Below are positions 31,076 through 40,061 of a stretch of DNA of 64,000 nucleotides, piece after piece. Source of the DNA: an uncultured cyanobacterium (lineage in GTDB: Bacteria; Cyanobacteriota; Cyanobacteriia; Phormidesmidales; Phormidesmidaceae). Under the pieces are notes generated by a model. That model ran no database searches. It saw only the letters and a list, made by a program, of their open reading frames with translations, and was not told the DNA's origin. Numbering within the stretch: the first letter of the stretch is position 1; every line of letters begins with the position of its first letter. The position numbers were made by a program, and so were the translations under genes. The stretch covers positions 960,001 through 1,024,000 of the forward strand of contig CAWBZI010000006.1 in NCBI GenBank assembly GCA_963793265.1, given 5' to 3'.

Positions 31076-32989
31076 ATGAAAAACTTTTTTGAGCATCAGG
31101 CTAGAGCTAAGCAAACGACTCATTATTTGCTCTTTTTGTTTAGCTGTGCGATCACCAGCACGATTGCGGCCTTTTACGTCACCATCATCACCATTGCCGT
31201 TCGTCAAAACGTGGTGTCCTCGATCTGGCAACCGCTATGGCTTTTGGGCACAGCGATCTGGGTCTGTCTTATCATCGGCTTTGGTAGCGCCTATAAAATG
31301 AACTCGCTACGAGGTGGCGGTGCGGTCGTAGCCCAAAGTTTAGGCGGACAGCTCATCAGTCAGCATATGGCTGACGGGCAAGAGCGCCAGTTGCTTAACG
31401 TGGTAGAAGAAATGGCGATCGCATCAGGCATCGCCGTTCCAGACGTATACCTCCTTCCCGAAGCTAGCATCAACGCCTTCGCCGCTGGCCTCACACCCAA
31501 CCGCGCCGTCATCGGCGTGACGCGTGGAGCCCTGAGCAAGCTTAATCGCGACCAGCTACAGGGCGTGATCGGTCATGAATTTAGCCATATCGTCAATGGA
31601 GATATGGCACTCAACCTCAAGCTGATGGGGTTAATACACGGCCTACTGCTGATTCACTTAGGCGGCAGAGAGATGGCGTTTAACGGGCATCGCCGCTCGG
31701 CTTTCTCAGATCGAGACGGCAACCAATTTGCCTGGTTGGCCTTTGCTTTTGCCATGATGATAATTGGCGGCATCGGCTGGATATTTGGGCAGCTCATCAA
31801 AAGCGCGATTTCTCGACAGCGTGAGTTTTTAGCGGACGCTTCTGCGGTTCAATTTACACGTAACCCTGAGGGCATTGCTGACGCGCTTAGATGCATCGCC
31901 CAACAGTCTCATCAATCTCGAATATCTTCGGCAGCGGCTGAATCCGCCAGTCATTTATTTTTCAACAACGTCTCTTTCATCGGCTCAATTGCCACAGTCT
32001 TCTCAACACACCCACCGTTAGAAGTTCGTATCCGACGCTTAGGTGGCGCTTCAGCATCACTGCCAAATACGCAGAAGCCTTCCGTTAGCAGTATCGCTAA
32101 CGGTATCAGTGCTCAACAGTCCGCAATTGCTGGGGCCTCAGGATTCGCACCCGATGCTGTAGTTGCCAACATTGGCACGGTAACGCCTGCTCACCTCACG
32201 CAGGCCCAGTCTATTTTGAGCCATTTACCAGACGGTCTTTTGCAAGCAGCTAGGACGCAGGCCGGTGCTGTCGCGGTGACTTATGGATTGCTGCTAGATA
32301 CAAAAGAGAGTGTGCGATCGCACCAAAAGCAGATTGTTGCCAGTAGCTCAAAAACAGTGCACAGCCTTGTAGAAGACATGGAGTCTCTTTTTGCAGGCGT
32401 ACCATCGGCATCGCGTCTCCCGCTGCTAGAGCTTTGCATTCCCAGCTTAAAAACACTCAAACCCGACGTCGCCATTCAGTTTTTTAATCGCGTCAAAGAG
32501 CTTGTCAAAGCAGACGGCAAGCTTTCCCTAAGCGAATATGCCCTACAGGCTGTTTTGCAATATCGCTTAGCCCCTCACTTCCGCCCCGAGCCGATACCAG
32601 CCGTCAGCTATGCCCATCTCAATGACATTTGGCCCGACTGCTTGGTTCTTATCTCGGCCTTAGCCAAAACAGGCTACACAAAGCCTGCACAAATAGACTA
32701 CGCCTTCCGCAACGGCCTCTCTCAGCTACCCGGCGTCGCGAAGCAATCAATACCCACCGTACCCCCTAGCCACACACTGCACGACGTTAGCCTATCGCTG
32801 AGTCGGTTACGACAAGCCGTGCCAAAACTCAAGCAGGCCATTGCAGAAGCCTGCGCGCATACTGTGCTGACCGATGGACAAACCACCGATCAAGAATCAG
32901 AACTACTGCGGGCAATTTTAATTGCGCTTGGCTGTCCTATTCCACCGTTTCTGAATGCAGTTGCTCAGAACGCTGCGCTAGCAGCTTAG
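31076..32989 (+). CDS. M48 (HtpX-like) membrane zinc metalloprotease with C-terminal extension
   Basis: NAFAAG, HEFSH, SRQREFLAD, STHPPL; the ATG directly follows the lemA stop codon. Confidence 0.9.
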   Translation: MKNFFEHQARAKQTTHYLLFLFSCAITSTIAAFYVTIITIAVRQNVVSSIWQPLWLLGTAIWVCLIIGFGSAYKMNSLRGGGAVVAQSLGGQLISQHMADGQERQLLNVVEEMAIASGIAVPDVYLLPEASINAFAAGLTPNRAVIGVTRGALSKLNRDQLQGVIGHEFSHIVNGDMALNLKLMGLIHGLLLIHLGGREMAFNGHRRSAFSDRDGNQFAWLAFAFAMMIIGGIGWIFGQLIKSAISRQREFLADASAVQFTRNPEGIADALRCIAQQSHQSRISSAAAESASHLFFNNVSFIGSIATVFSTHPPLEVRIRRLGGASASLPNTQKPSVSSIANGISAQQSAIAGASGFAPDAVVANIGTVTPAHLTQAQSILSHLPDGLLQAARTQAGAVAVTYGLLLDTKESVRSHQKQIVASSSKTVHSLVEDMESLFAGVPSASRLPLLELCIPSLKTLKPDVAIQFFNRVKELVKADGKLSLSEYALQAVLQYRLAPHFRPEPIPAVSYAHLNDIWPDCLVLISALAKTGYTKPAQIDYAFRNGLSQLPGVAKQSIPTVPPSHTLHDVSLSLSRLRQAVPKLKQAIAEACAHTVLTDGQTTDQESELLRAILIALGCPIPPFLNAVAQNAALAA

Positions 32990-33006
32990 TCCAGCAAACT
33001 TCGTAA

Positions 33007-33663
33007 TCAATCCGTATTGCGATACTGCCAAAAAAAGCTAGAAACAAAGTTAGTGGTCACATGGGCCACGATGGGTACCAGCAGATTGCCAGTGACCAAA
33101 GCGCTGCCGCCGAGAACAAAGCCAATTGCGATCGCCCACACCGCATAAGGCCACTGCCGCAAACTAGACATATGCAGCACCCCAAAACAGGCACTCGAAA
33201 CAATCAAACCTGTTGCATTAAGCCCGATAGCAGGCAACAACACGCCTCTAAACAACAGCTCCTCACTTAATCCAGGTAGTAGCCCCACCCAGATAGAATC
33301 TGCCAATAGCAAAGGCGATAGAACAAAAGCCAGGTAGTAATCGGCGCTTCGCTGATAAGCAGGCCAAAATCTGTAGATCATCAGGCTCACACTAGATATA
33401 GCAAGCCCCAAGCCTACGCCCATACCAGCACTTTGCCAGCGTAGCGAGATAGAGAAAAGTATAGGCTCAAAAAATAGCCATACGCGCGCGATGAGCAGCA
33501 GTATCACAGCCGTTGCAGCCATAGCTACTAATAGCTGTGATCGACTTAGCAATTCCATCTCTGGGCCTTTCTCCATGCCCTTCTTGACACCTCTTTTTGA
33601 GCTTTTAGACTGAGAGCGGTTGTGTTGCTTAGGAGGCTCTGGACGCTTAGAAAGTCTTGCCAC
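33007..33663 (-). CDS. CPBP (Abi/CAAX) intramembrane metalloprotease
   Basis: EELLFRG, FGVLH, AHVTTN motifs. Confidence 0.9.
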   Translation of the reverse strand: MARLSKRPEPPKQHNRSQSKSSKRGVKKGMEKGPEMELLSRSQLLVAMAATAVILLLIARVWLFFEPILFSISLRWQSAGMGVGLGLAISSVSLMIYRFWPAYQRSADYYLAFVLSPLLLADSIWVGLLPGLSEELLFRGVLLPAIGLNATGLIVSSACFGVLHMSSLRQWPYAVWAIAIGFVLGGSALVTGNLLVPIVAHVTTNFVSSFFWQYRNTD

Positions 33664-34409
33664 GCTACTTTCACTTAGCCTCAGCGTTGAACGATGTTCC
33701 CTATTCTATTGGATAAGTTCTACGAGATATGAGAGATAGCTACTGATACAAAGGAAAAAAGAGGCTGAAGGGAACTTTGTCACCCCTAATACCTTCTTAC
33801 TTTACAATTCCTTTACAAAATTTCAAGGAATTAATGTACGTAGATAAAAACAGTGCTCTGTTGTTCTGATTATCAATCAGACCCAGGTAATCCCTACAGG
33901 ACAGGCATTAGCCGATATGTAGGAGATAGCCGCACTTTATGGTTCAAATGTCTATTATTTTGGGGCCGATCGAATTGAATCAATAAATCAAAGTTTATCT
34001 GTATAATTGTTGGCTTAAACGTTCCTGTCGTCTGTTGGTTGACGTGAAAGTTGATACTTTCTTAATGATTTATGCATGCTTCTATGAGGTTTCCAGAACA
34101 GAGCGAACTTGTTAAGAACTTGTCCGTAATCGATCTGGTCTAAGAAGTATAAAAAGTTGGTCAAAGTATATTAGAGGCCGCCTTTCTTACGCAATCTATC
34201 GACCAAAATTGATTCTATAAGCATTAGGAGAAAGCCGCTCATATCAACTTCTTAAGGTGTTATCTCAAAAGAGATTAAGGGAATTCAATAGTTACTCAGA
34301 TGGTCTGATTTTGGAGCGGGATTAACCGCTAGATAGATGCTCAGACGCTGATTTTTAGGGTCTGCCGAATTCTTTAGATTTATTAGCCTGCGGAACTCAA
34401 ACTTAAGAT

Positions 34410-34688
34410 ATGGACAGTTCAACAAATCGAGCTTTACCCGATAGTGACGTTGGGATTTATGAGTGCGAAGTACGCCTCAAATTTCGAATTATAGAGGAAC
34501 AGCTAACGATGACAAATAAAGAACAGTTAGTAGAAACGCTAGTAGACGCATTTGCCTATGGTAGCGATGAGTATTTAGAAGCTTTGGATAGCGATGTCGA
34601 TATTCAGCAGCTTCAGGATGTAGGCGATGCCTCCCCACAGATGCGCAGACAGCTTATTCGCCTGAAGAACTCTAGCCGCTTGGCCTAA
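34410..34688 (+). CDS. Npun_R1517 family protein
   Basis: VGIYECEVRLKFRIIEE...GSDEYLE...ASPQMRRQLIRL matches my recollection of this family. Confidence 0.8.
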   Translation: MDSSTNRALPDSDVGIYECEVRLKFRIIEEQLTMTNKEQLVETLVDAFAYGSDEYLEALDSDVDIQQLQDVGDASPQMRRQLIRLKNSSRLA

Positions 34689-34809
34689 TAGCCTAGACTA
34701 AGAAGCTAAAGCGACCATTGGCTTTTGATAAGCTTTTTGGCGTTGTGCTCTAACTGGTAAGCGTAAATCTATCAAAGGAAGAATAAAAGAAAAAACAGGT
34801 CAACAAGGT

Positions 34810-34839
34810 TTGACACAAAGCGCAAATAGCAGGTATCTT
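34810..34839 (+). promoter_or_regulatory. Sigma70-type promoter of tRNA-Glu
   Basis: TTGACA (34810-34815), 18 bp spacer, TATCTT (34834-34839). Confidence 0.6.
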
Positions 34840-34859
34840 TATAAAGGTTCAAACCACAG

Positions 34860-34932
34860 GCCCCCATCGTCTAGAGGCCTAGGACACCTCCCTTTCACGG
34901 AGGCGACAGGGATTCGAATTCCCTTGGGGGTA
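34860..34932 (+). tRNA. trnE: tRNA-Glu(TTC)
   Basis: GCCCCCA/TGGGGGT acceptor stem, anticodon arm CCTCC-CTTTCAC-GGAGG, T-loop TTCGAAT; CCA not encoded. Confidence 0.97.
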
Positions 34933-34937
34933 TAGCG

Positions 34938-34975
34938 AAAGTCGCGCAGACTGTAGATGTCTGTGCGGCTTTTTT
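34938..34975 (+). terminator. Terminator after tRNA-Glu
   Basis: AAAGTCGCGCAGAC-loop-GTCTGTGCGGC-TTTTTT. Confidence 0.8.
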
Positions 34976-35039
34976 GTTGCCTGGCTGCTCAATTGCTGAA
35001 ACACTCTGAGCTTTACCTACTGCTTGAGAAGGCTTACAC

Positions 35040-35079
35040 AAAAGCGGCTCTCACAGTTTGGATCGTGAAAGCCGCTTTT
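35040..35079 (-). terminator. Terminator after the SRPBCC gene (possibly bidirectional)
   Basis: AAAAGCGGCT...AGCCGCTTTT stem. Confidence 0.7.
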
Positions 35080-35104
35080 AGATTACAAGTTTTAGCGCAG
35101 GTGT

Positions 35105-35674
35105 CTAAGCTATCTCTAAGGTTCTTTGACGAATAGCCAGCAGATTCGTGGTGAGGTTGTGGCAGATATGCCGCTCGATAAGCGCAGCTGGCATTGCTCT
35201 TGGCGGCTTAAGGAATAAATCGTACGAGAGCTGAGTGCTCTGGCCTGCTGCAGTTGGCTCCAACCTCCAGGTACCTTCAAACTGCTTGAAGTCACCCTCT
35301 TTGAGGACGAAGCCTAGCTCGTTTGGAAACTTCTCAGTCATATCTATGACGACACGGGCGCAAAACTTGAATTTTAGAAAGCACTGACTACCGATTTGCT
35401 CTAGGCGGATACGGCCTTCTGAGTTGGGCACAAGCTTGCTAGAAGTCAGGTTTGGCACAAAGTCAGCGAGGCGCTCGTAGTCAGTAAGAACCCGCCACAC
35501 GCTGTCTATGGGCTGAGGGATATCAATAGTTGCAAGAATGCGCCTTTCTCTATCAGAGCGCTTTTCGGTTGAGATCTCGACGTAGGCGTTATCGTTGACA
35601 GGCAGATCGGTTTGTCGTTCACCGGAGGAGACGCGCTCAGTCGATGGGGAGGAATGTAAGGAGTTTTGAGTCAC
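35105..35674 (-). CDS. SRPBCC (polyketide cyclase/dehydrase-like) family protein
   Basis: VWRVLTDYERLADFVPNL and GDFKQFEGTW motifs. Confidence 0.88.
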   Translation of the reverse strand: MTQNSLHSSPSTERVSSGERQTDLPVNDNAYVEISTEKRSDRERRILATIDIPQPIDSVWRVLTDYERLADFVPNLTSSKLVPNSEGRIRLEQIGSQCFLKFKFCARVVIDMTEKFPNELGFVLKEGDFKQFEGTWRLEPTAAGQSTQLSYDLFLKPPRAMPAALIERHICHNLTTNLLAIRQRTLEIA

Positions 35675-35971
35675 AGGCGCTCTGGGTTCTTAAATTTCTG
35701 TGTGGTTACTCTTCAGTATTCTCAGCGCAGTAATCAATAGCACTCAGTAATTTAGCGGATTTGCGATCTTTATTCCGCACGGCAGGTCACACAGCAGACC
35801 GGATGCAAGATATAGCTACATACACAATAGCAATATTATTTGTTGAAACGATCAATTTTCAGCGATCTCTTTGCGCCGTAAATCTCTCGGCATAGTAAGT
35901 TTGTATGGGGTAGGCGTGTGAACTGTGGTCGTACCTGCTATAAACATCATTAACAAGATTCTTGCGTAGTA

Positions 35972-37666
35972 GTGGCAATGGTTAAAGCTTCAGCGAATGC
36001 TCATTCCAGCGTTATCGGAACGGTCAAAGGCCCTGGCGAGAATGGGAACCAGTATCTTTTTATTACGGCTGATAACCGCCATGTGAAAATCGGCGAGTTT
36101 GTATATTACGAGGTGTCTGCGCCGGACGGGAATCAGCTACTGCAAATTTTGGGCAAAATTTCAGACCGGCGGTTGAGCGACCACCTGCCCGATCGCATTT
36201 TTGCTGATACCGAGATCAGCCCAGAGGCGATCGCTGCCCTGGTCGGATTTTCTCATCCTAGCCCCGAAATCTACGAAGTCACCGTCGATGTCATCGGCTA
36301 CTTCAACCCAGCTTTAGGATTTATCAACCCTCGCCTCACGCCCAATCCAGGCGCAAAGGTGTCAATTGTTGACGATGAAACGCTGCTACAGGTTGTGAAT
36401 AAAAAGCAGCCCGGTGAAGTGGGCTCAGCGAACGTGGGCTCGCTGCTGCTGAGGCCGAGCGGCGCGGTGCAAGTGGCGCTAGACGTAAAAGAGCTAGTGA
36501 GTACACACATGGCGATTTTAGCGGGCACAGGCTCCGGTAAGAGCTATACCGCTGGTGTGTTGATTGAGGAATTTTTGCAGCCCTATAATCGAGCTGCCGT
36601 GCTGATTTTTGATCCGCATGGAGAGTATGGGACGCTCGCTGAAATGAGAGGACATCCCAAGTTTCAGGGGGATGACGGCTACGCCCCTGACGTAAGAATT
36701 TTGACGCCGGATGATATTACGATTCGGATTTCGTCGCTGGACTACCATGACGTGCTGACGCTGCTGCCGGAGATGAGCGATCGCCAGCAGTCAATTCTCA
36801 ATAAAGCCTTCAGAATTTTGCACCGTCACAAGCGCGGCGAATACCGTTGGAATGTAGATGACTTAATTGCAGCGGTCAATGAAGCTGACACCGCCGAAGA
36901 TGACGAAGGTAATCTGAAAATTGGATCTTCTGCCCCAGCGATTTCTTGGAAGCTAGAGCGATTCGCTAACTCGCCTTACTTTCACCAAACCCATCACCTC
37001 GCGCCGAAAGATCTATTCATGCCAGGCCGAGTGACGGTGCTGCAAATGAATGAAATTAGCCAGGAAGAGCAGCAGGTTATCTGTGCAGCGGTGCTAAGGC
37101 AAAGCTACCTGGCGCGCATCAATACCGAGAAAGACAAAATTACTGAAGGCGATGAGAACTACTTGCCTTACCCGGTTTTCACGCTCGTAGAAGAAGCTCA
37201 TCGATTCGCACCTGCTAAAGAGCCTTCTCGATGTAAGGCCATTTTGCGAACGATCTTAAGTGAGGGGCGAAAGTTTGGTTTGGGTGTAGGGCTAATTACG
37301 CAGCGGCCCGGAAAGCTTGATTCAGACGTGCTCAGCCAGTGTATGAGCCAGTTTCTGATGCGGATTGTTAATCCGGTAGATCAGGAAAGCTTGAAGTATG
37401 GCGTGGAGGCGGCTGGGCGAGATTTGCTAAAAGAGCTGCCAGCGCTGACGAAAGGGCAGGTAATTATTTCGGGGGCCTGTGTGAATACGCCAGTGCTATG
37501 TCAGGTTCGGCAGCGGCTGACGAAGCACGGTGGTGAGACGCTGAATGCACCGACAGAATGGCAAAAGCACTTTCAAAGCCATCGGGTGCGATCACAAGAA
37601 ATTGAGCGAGCGCCCATAGCTGCCAAGTCCGTTGCCAAAACCTTCCAAGGCGTCAGCATCGAATAA
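35972..37666 (+). CDS. HerA-type ATPase (HAS barrel + DUF87)
   Basis: HMAILAGTGSGKS (Walker A), IFDPHGEY, LVEEAH (Walker B), EGRKFG, TQRP motifs. Confidence 0.9.
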   Translation: MAMVKASANAHSSVIGTVKGPGENGNQYLFITADNRHVKIGEFVYYEVSAPDGNQLLQILGKISDRRLSDHLPDRIFADTEISPEAIAALVGFSHPSPEIYEVTVDVIGYFNPALGFINPRLTPNPGAKVSIVDDETLLQVVNKKQPGEVGSANVGSLLLRPSGAVQVALDVKELVSTHMAILAGTGSGKSYTAGVLIEEFLQPYNRAAVLIFDPHGEYGTLAEMRGHPKFQGDDGYAPDVRILTPDDITIRISSLDYHDVLTLLPEMSDRQQSILNKAFRILHRHKRGEYRWNVDDLIAAVNEADTAEDDEGNLKIGSSAPAISWKLERFANSPYFHQTHHLAPKDLFMPGRVTVLQMNEISQEEQQVICAAVLRQSYLARINTEKDKITEGDENYLPYPVFTLVEEAHRFAPAKEPSRCKAILRTILSEGRKFGLGVGLITQRPGKLDSDVLSQCMSQFLMRIVNPVDQESLKYGVEAAGRDLLKELPALTKGQVIISGACVNTPVLCQVRQRLTKHGGETLNAPTEWQKHFQSHRVRSQEIERAPIAAKSVAKTFQGVSIE

Positions 37667-37709
37667 GTTCACCGGTAGTTCACTGGTAGTTCACTGGTAG
37701 TTCGCTGGC
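37666..37709 (+). repeat. 11 bp tandem repeat (AGTTCACTGGT) x4
   Basis: AGTTCACCGGT, AGTTCACTGGT, AGTTCACTGGT, AGTTCGCTGGC between convergent genes. Confidence 0.85.
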
Positions 37710-37724
37710 CGCTGAAAGCTAGCT

Positions 37725-38768
37725 CTATTCCGTCTGCGGTTCAGTTTGGGGTTGAGCCTGAGGCTGATCTTGCAGGGCAGCCGCTTCTTGAAGTGCGGAT
37801 TTGCTGTTGGCCTGGTAGGTAGTGATGCGGTCTTGAGCTATTGCATACTGCTCGCTACCCACTGGAATGTTACTCATTAAATCAGACGCTTTTTGCCATC
37901 TGGCGGCTAAGTCCAACCATTCAGCAGCAGTCGTCACCGTTTGCCCATCAACAGCAGCCTTTTCAGCCACCCGGACGGCTTCAGAAAAAGCATCCGACAC
38001 ATCACCAGAATTACTGCTATCTGGGGGCGTTGGACTGGTATTAGCACTCGCGGGTGGGGGCGTCGTTTGATTGGATTGGCTAGCAGGCGGCGTTGCTGGC
38101 GCACTTGGCGTTGGAGGCGTTGTATCGGCCGAGCGATCGCCGTCTGAGCCAGGCGAATCTGGGGTAGGCGCGTCTGAGCTAGGCGCAATTTCAGTTGAAG
38201 TTATCGTCGGATCAGACGGCTGAACTGGATTGATGTCTTCTCTGAACACCCAGAGCACGGCCAGCAAGAGTGCCGCTAAACTCGCACCGCCAATGAGCTT
38301 GCTAGAGAAGCTGGTTTTAGAAGGCTCAGGTTCTGTGATGTCTTTAAATATGGGGCCAGCGGGCTTTAGATCGCGATCACGAATCCAACGCTGTACAAAG
38401 AAAGGACGCTTGAGCGTAATCACCTCATCCCATAGCAAATTATTTTCAGGGTCGCGGTTGATTTCTTCTAGCCAAAGCAACTGCTCTTCCTTGACGATAC
38501 GGCTGTTGATTTTGACTTTTTTGATGCGCTGCGGGCTGATGGCTTCTAGCTCGCTACGAACGCGATTGACGACCTTTTCCTTCTCAAGCTGCTCAGCCGT
38601 AGCTGCCTCACACAAAAGCTGAAGCATTCCATCAGAAACCACCGCGCGGGTGCGGATACCAATATCAGCTAAGCGCTGATTAAGCACTTGAATAATTGCG
38701 GCTACGCTACCTTGCCGGGCCTGACCAAATGCCTCGGTCGCGGGGTTAACTGTGCTAGCTTCTTTCAT
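37725..38768 (-). CDS. Hypothetical single-pass membrane protein
   Basis: N-terminal domain, one TM (LIGGASLAALLLAVLWVF), Pro/Ser/Thr linker, helical C-terminal domain. Confidence 0.75.
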   Translation of the reverse strand: MKEASTVNPATEAFGQARQGSVAAIIQVLNQRLADIGIRTRAVVSDGMLQLLCEAATAEQLEKEKVVNRVRSELEAISPQRIKKVKINSRIVKEEQLLWLEEINRDPENNLLWDEVITLKRPFFVQRWIRDRDLKPAGPIFKDITEPEPSKTSFSSKLIGGASLAALLLAVLWVFREDINPVQPSDPTITSTEIAPSSDAPTPDSPGSDGDRSADTTPPTPSAPATPPASQSNQTTPPPASANTSPTPPDSSNSGDVSDAFSEAVRVAEKAAVDGQTVTTAAEWLDLAARWQKASDLMSNIPVGSEQYAIAQDRITTYQANSKSALQEAAALQDQPQAQPQTEPQTE

Positions 38769-38862
38769 TTAGCTAATGCCCGATCCAAACGTATACGAGA
38801 ATACCTGACATTGGGGCCTATCGTCTTCTTCGGCTGTCCTTTAAGTATCGCAGACCGATCAA

Positions 38863-39573
38863 CTATTGCGGGTCAAGATGCGCGCAGTCGTTGAAGCGAC
38901 GAAGAACCCAAAATTCAGGATTGAAGCGATCGCCCCCAAGCTGCTGCCACTGATTATGATCTTGCGTGCTCGCTAGCCAAAACTCAAACAGGGCAGTGTG
39001 CGGTATGCGAATCTGCCAGGTGCGATCGCAGCCCATCATCACCGATACCAACTGCTGTAAAAACCCCTCGTGAGAAACGGCCCACACCACATCGCCTAGC
39101 TGGTGCTGCTTTAAGACATGTCTGACCCACGATCTAGCTCTGGCTCTAGCTGCGACCAAAGATTCAGCTTGCGGGATAGGCTGCCACGCTAAAGAAGACA
39201 TAAGCTGCGCGCAGATATCGGGATAATTCGCCTGCGCCTGCGACCAAGTTAGCCCCTGAAAGATACCTTGATGAAGCTCTTGTAAAGCTTCAGTCTGCTT
39301 AAGGTGACAACTGTGGCGACCGCCCTCATCATCTCGATCTACTTGATTAAGCTCTACTTGATCTAGTAAAGACTGGGCGGTCTGCGTCGCTCTTAGCAAT
39401 GGACTGCTATAGCAATGTGTCGGCAAACCCTGCTGGCTCAAATATTTACCTAGTCGCGCTGCTTGAGCATAGCCTTCAGTAGACAGCTCAGTAGAACTTT
39501 GACCTTCCATAACACCTTGAACATTGCCGATAGACTGGGCGTGACGGATGAGTAAGATTTTAAGATAGGCCAT
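38863..39573 (-). CDS. Histidine phosphatase (phosphoglycerate mutase) family protein
   Basis: LIRHAQS, SSPLLRA, VSHEG motifs; the ATG at 39573 is preferred. Confidence 0.9.
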   Translation of the reverse strand: MAYLKILLIRHAQSIGNVQGVMEGQSSTELSTEGYAQAARLGKYLSQQGLPTHCYSSPLLRATQTAQSLLDQVELNQVDRDDEGGRHSCHLKQTEALQELHQGIFQGLTWSQAQANYPDICAQLMSSLAWQPIPQAESLVAARARARSWVRHVLKQHQLGDVVWAVSHEGFLQQLVSVMMGCDRTWQIRIPHTALFEFWLASTQDHNQWQQLGGDRFNPEFWVLRRFNDCAHLDPQ

Positions 39574-39637
39574 GGGAAGGACATTGTAACGAAGGGGCAG
39601 CGATCGCAATAACGCACTCGCAGGCTAAACGTTTACA

Positions 39638-40012
39638 ATGACAGCAGCTCAACTATCCACCAAGCCTATGCTGCTAAAATCCACTACCCGCCACGTTTTA
39701 ATCTACGCGGCGACCATTGAAAACAACGAAATCGTGCCGAGCGAAAACCAGCTCACCTTAGATGTTGATCCAGAAAACGAGTTTACCTGGAGCGATGAAG
39801 CGCTGCAAAAGGTGTACCGAGAGTTTGACCGCTTGGTAGACGATTATGACTCAGAGGCCCTAACAGACTATAATTTGCGACGTATTGGCTCTGATCTAGA
39901 GCATTTTGTCCGTGCCCTGCTACAGTCGGGAGATATTAGCTACAACCTGGAGAGCCGTGTGCTGAACTACAGCATGGGTCTACCGCGCGTTGTTGAAGGG
40001 GCATCTTCTTAG
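39638..40012 (+). CDS. ndhM: NAD(P)H-quinone oxidoreductase subunit M
   Basis: MLLKSTTRH, LDVDPENEF, YNLRRIGSDLE, NYSMGLP motifs. Confidence 0.95.
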   Translation: MTAAQLSTKPMLLKSTTRHVLIYAATIENNEIVPSENQLTLDVDPENEFTWSDEALQKVYREFDRLVDDYDSEALTDYNLRRIGSDLEHFVRALLQSGDISYNLESRVLNYSMGLPRVVEGASS

Positions 40013-40061
40013 CTAAGCATCCACCTCTTGGCCTCTACTTAAGCTAGGGTCTATTTCCTCC

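Noticed and set aside
33800..33818. RpaB HLR1 site
   Set aside because: The TTTACAA repeat period is 11 bp, not the 10 bp of HLR1; kept only as an unassigned direct repeat.
34860..37666. Island integrated at tRNA-Glu carrying HerA
   Set aside because: No integrase and no duplicated tRNA 3' end seen; the tRNA terminator is intact and HerA has host-like HIP1 content.
37666..37709. Repeat array next to the HerA gene as a possible mini-CRISPR
   Set aside because: Units are 11 bp and directly adjacent with no spacers; no cas genes in the window.
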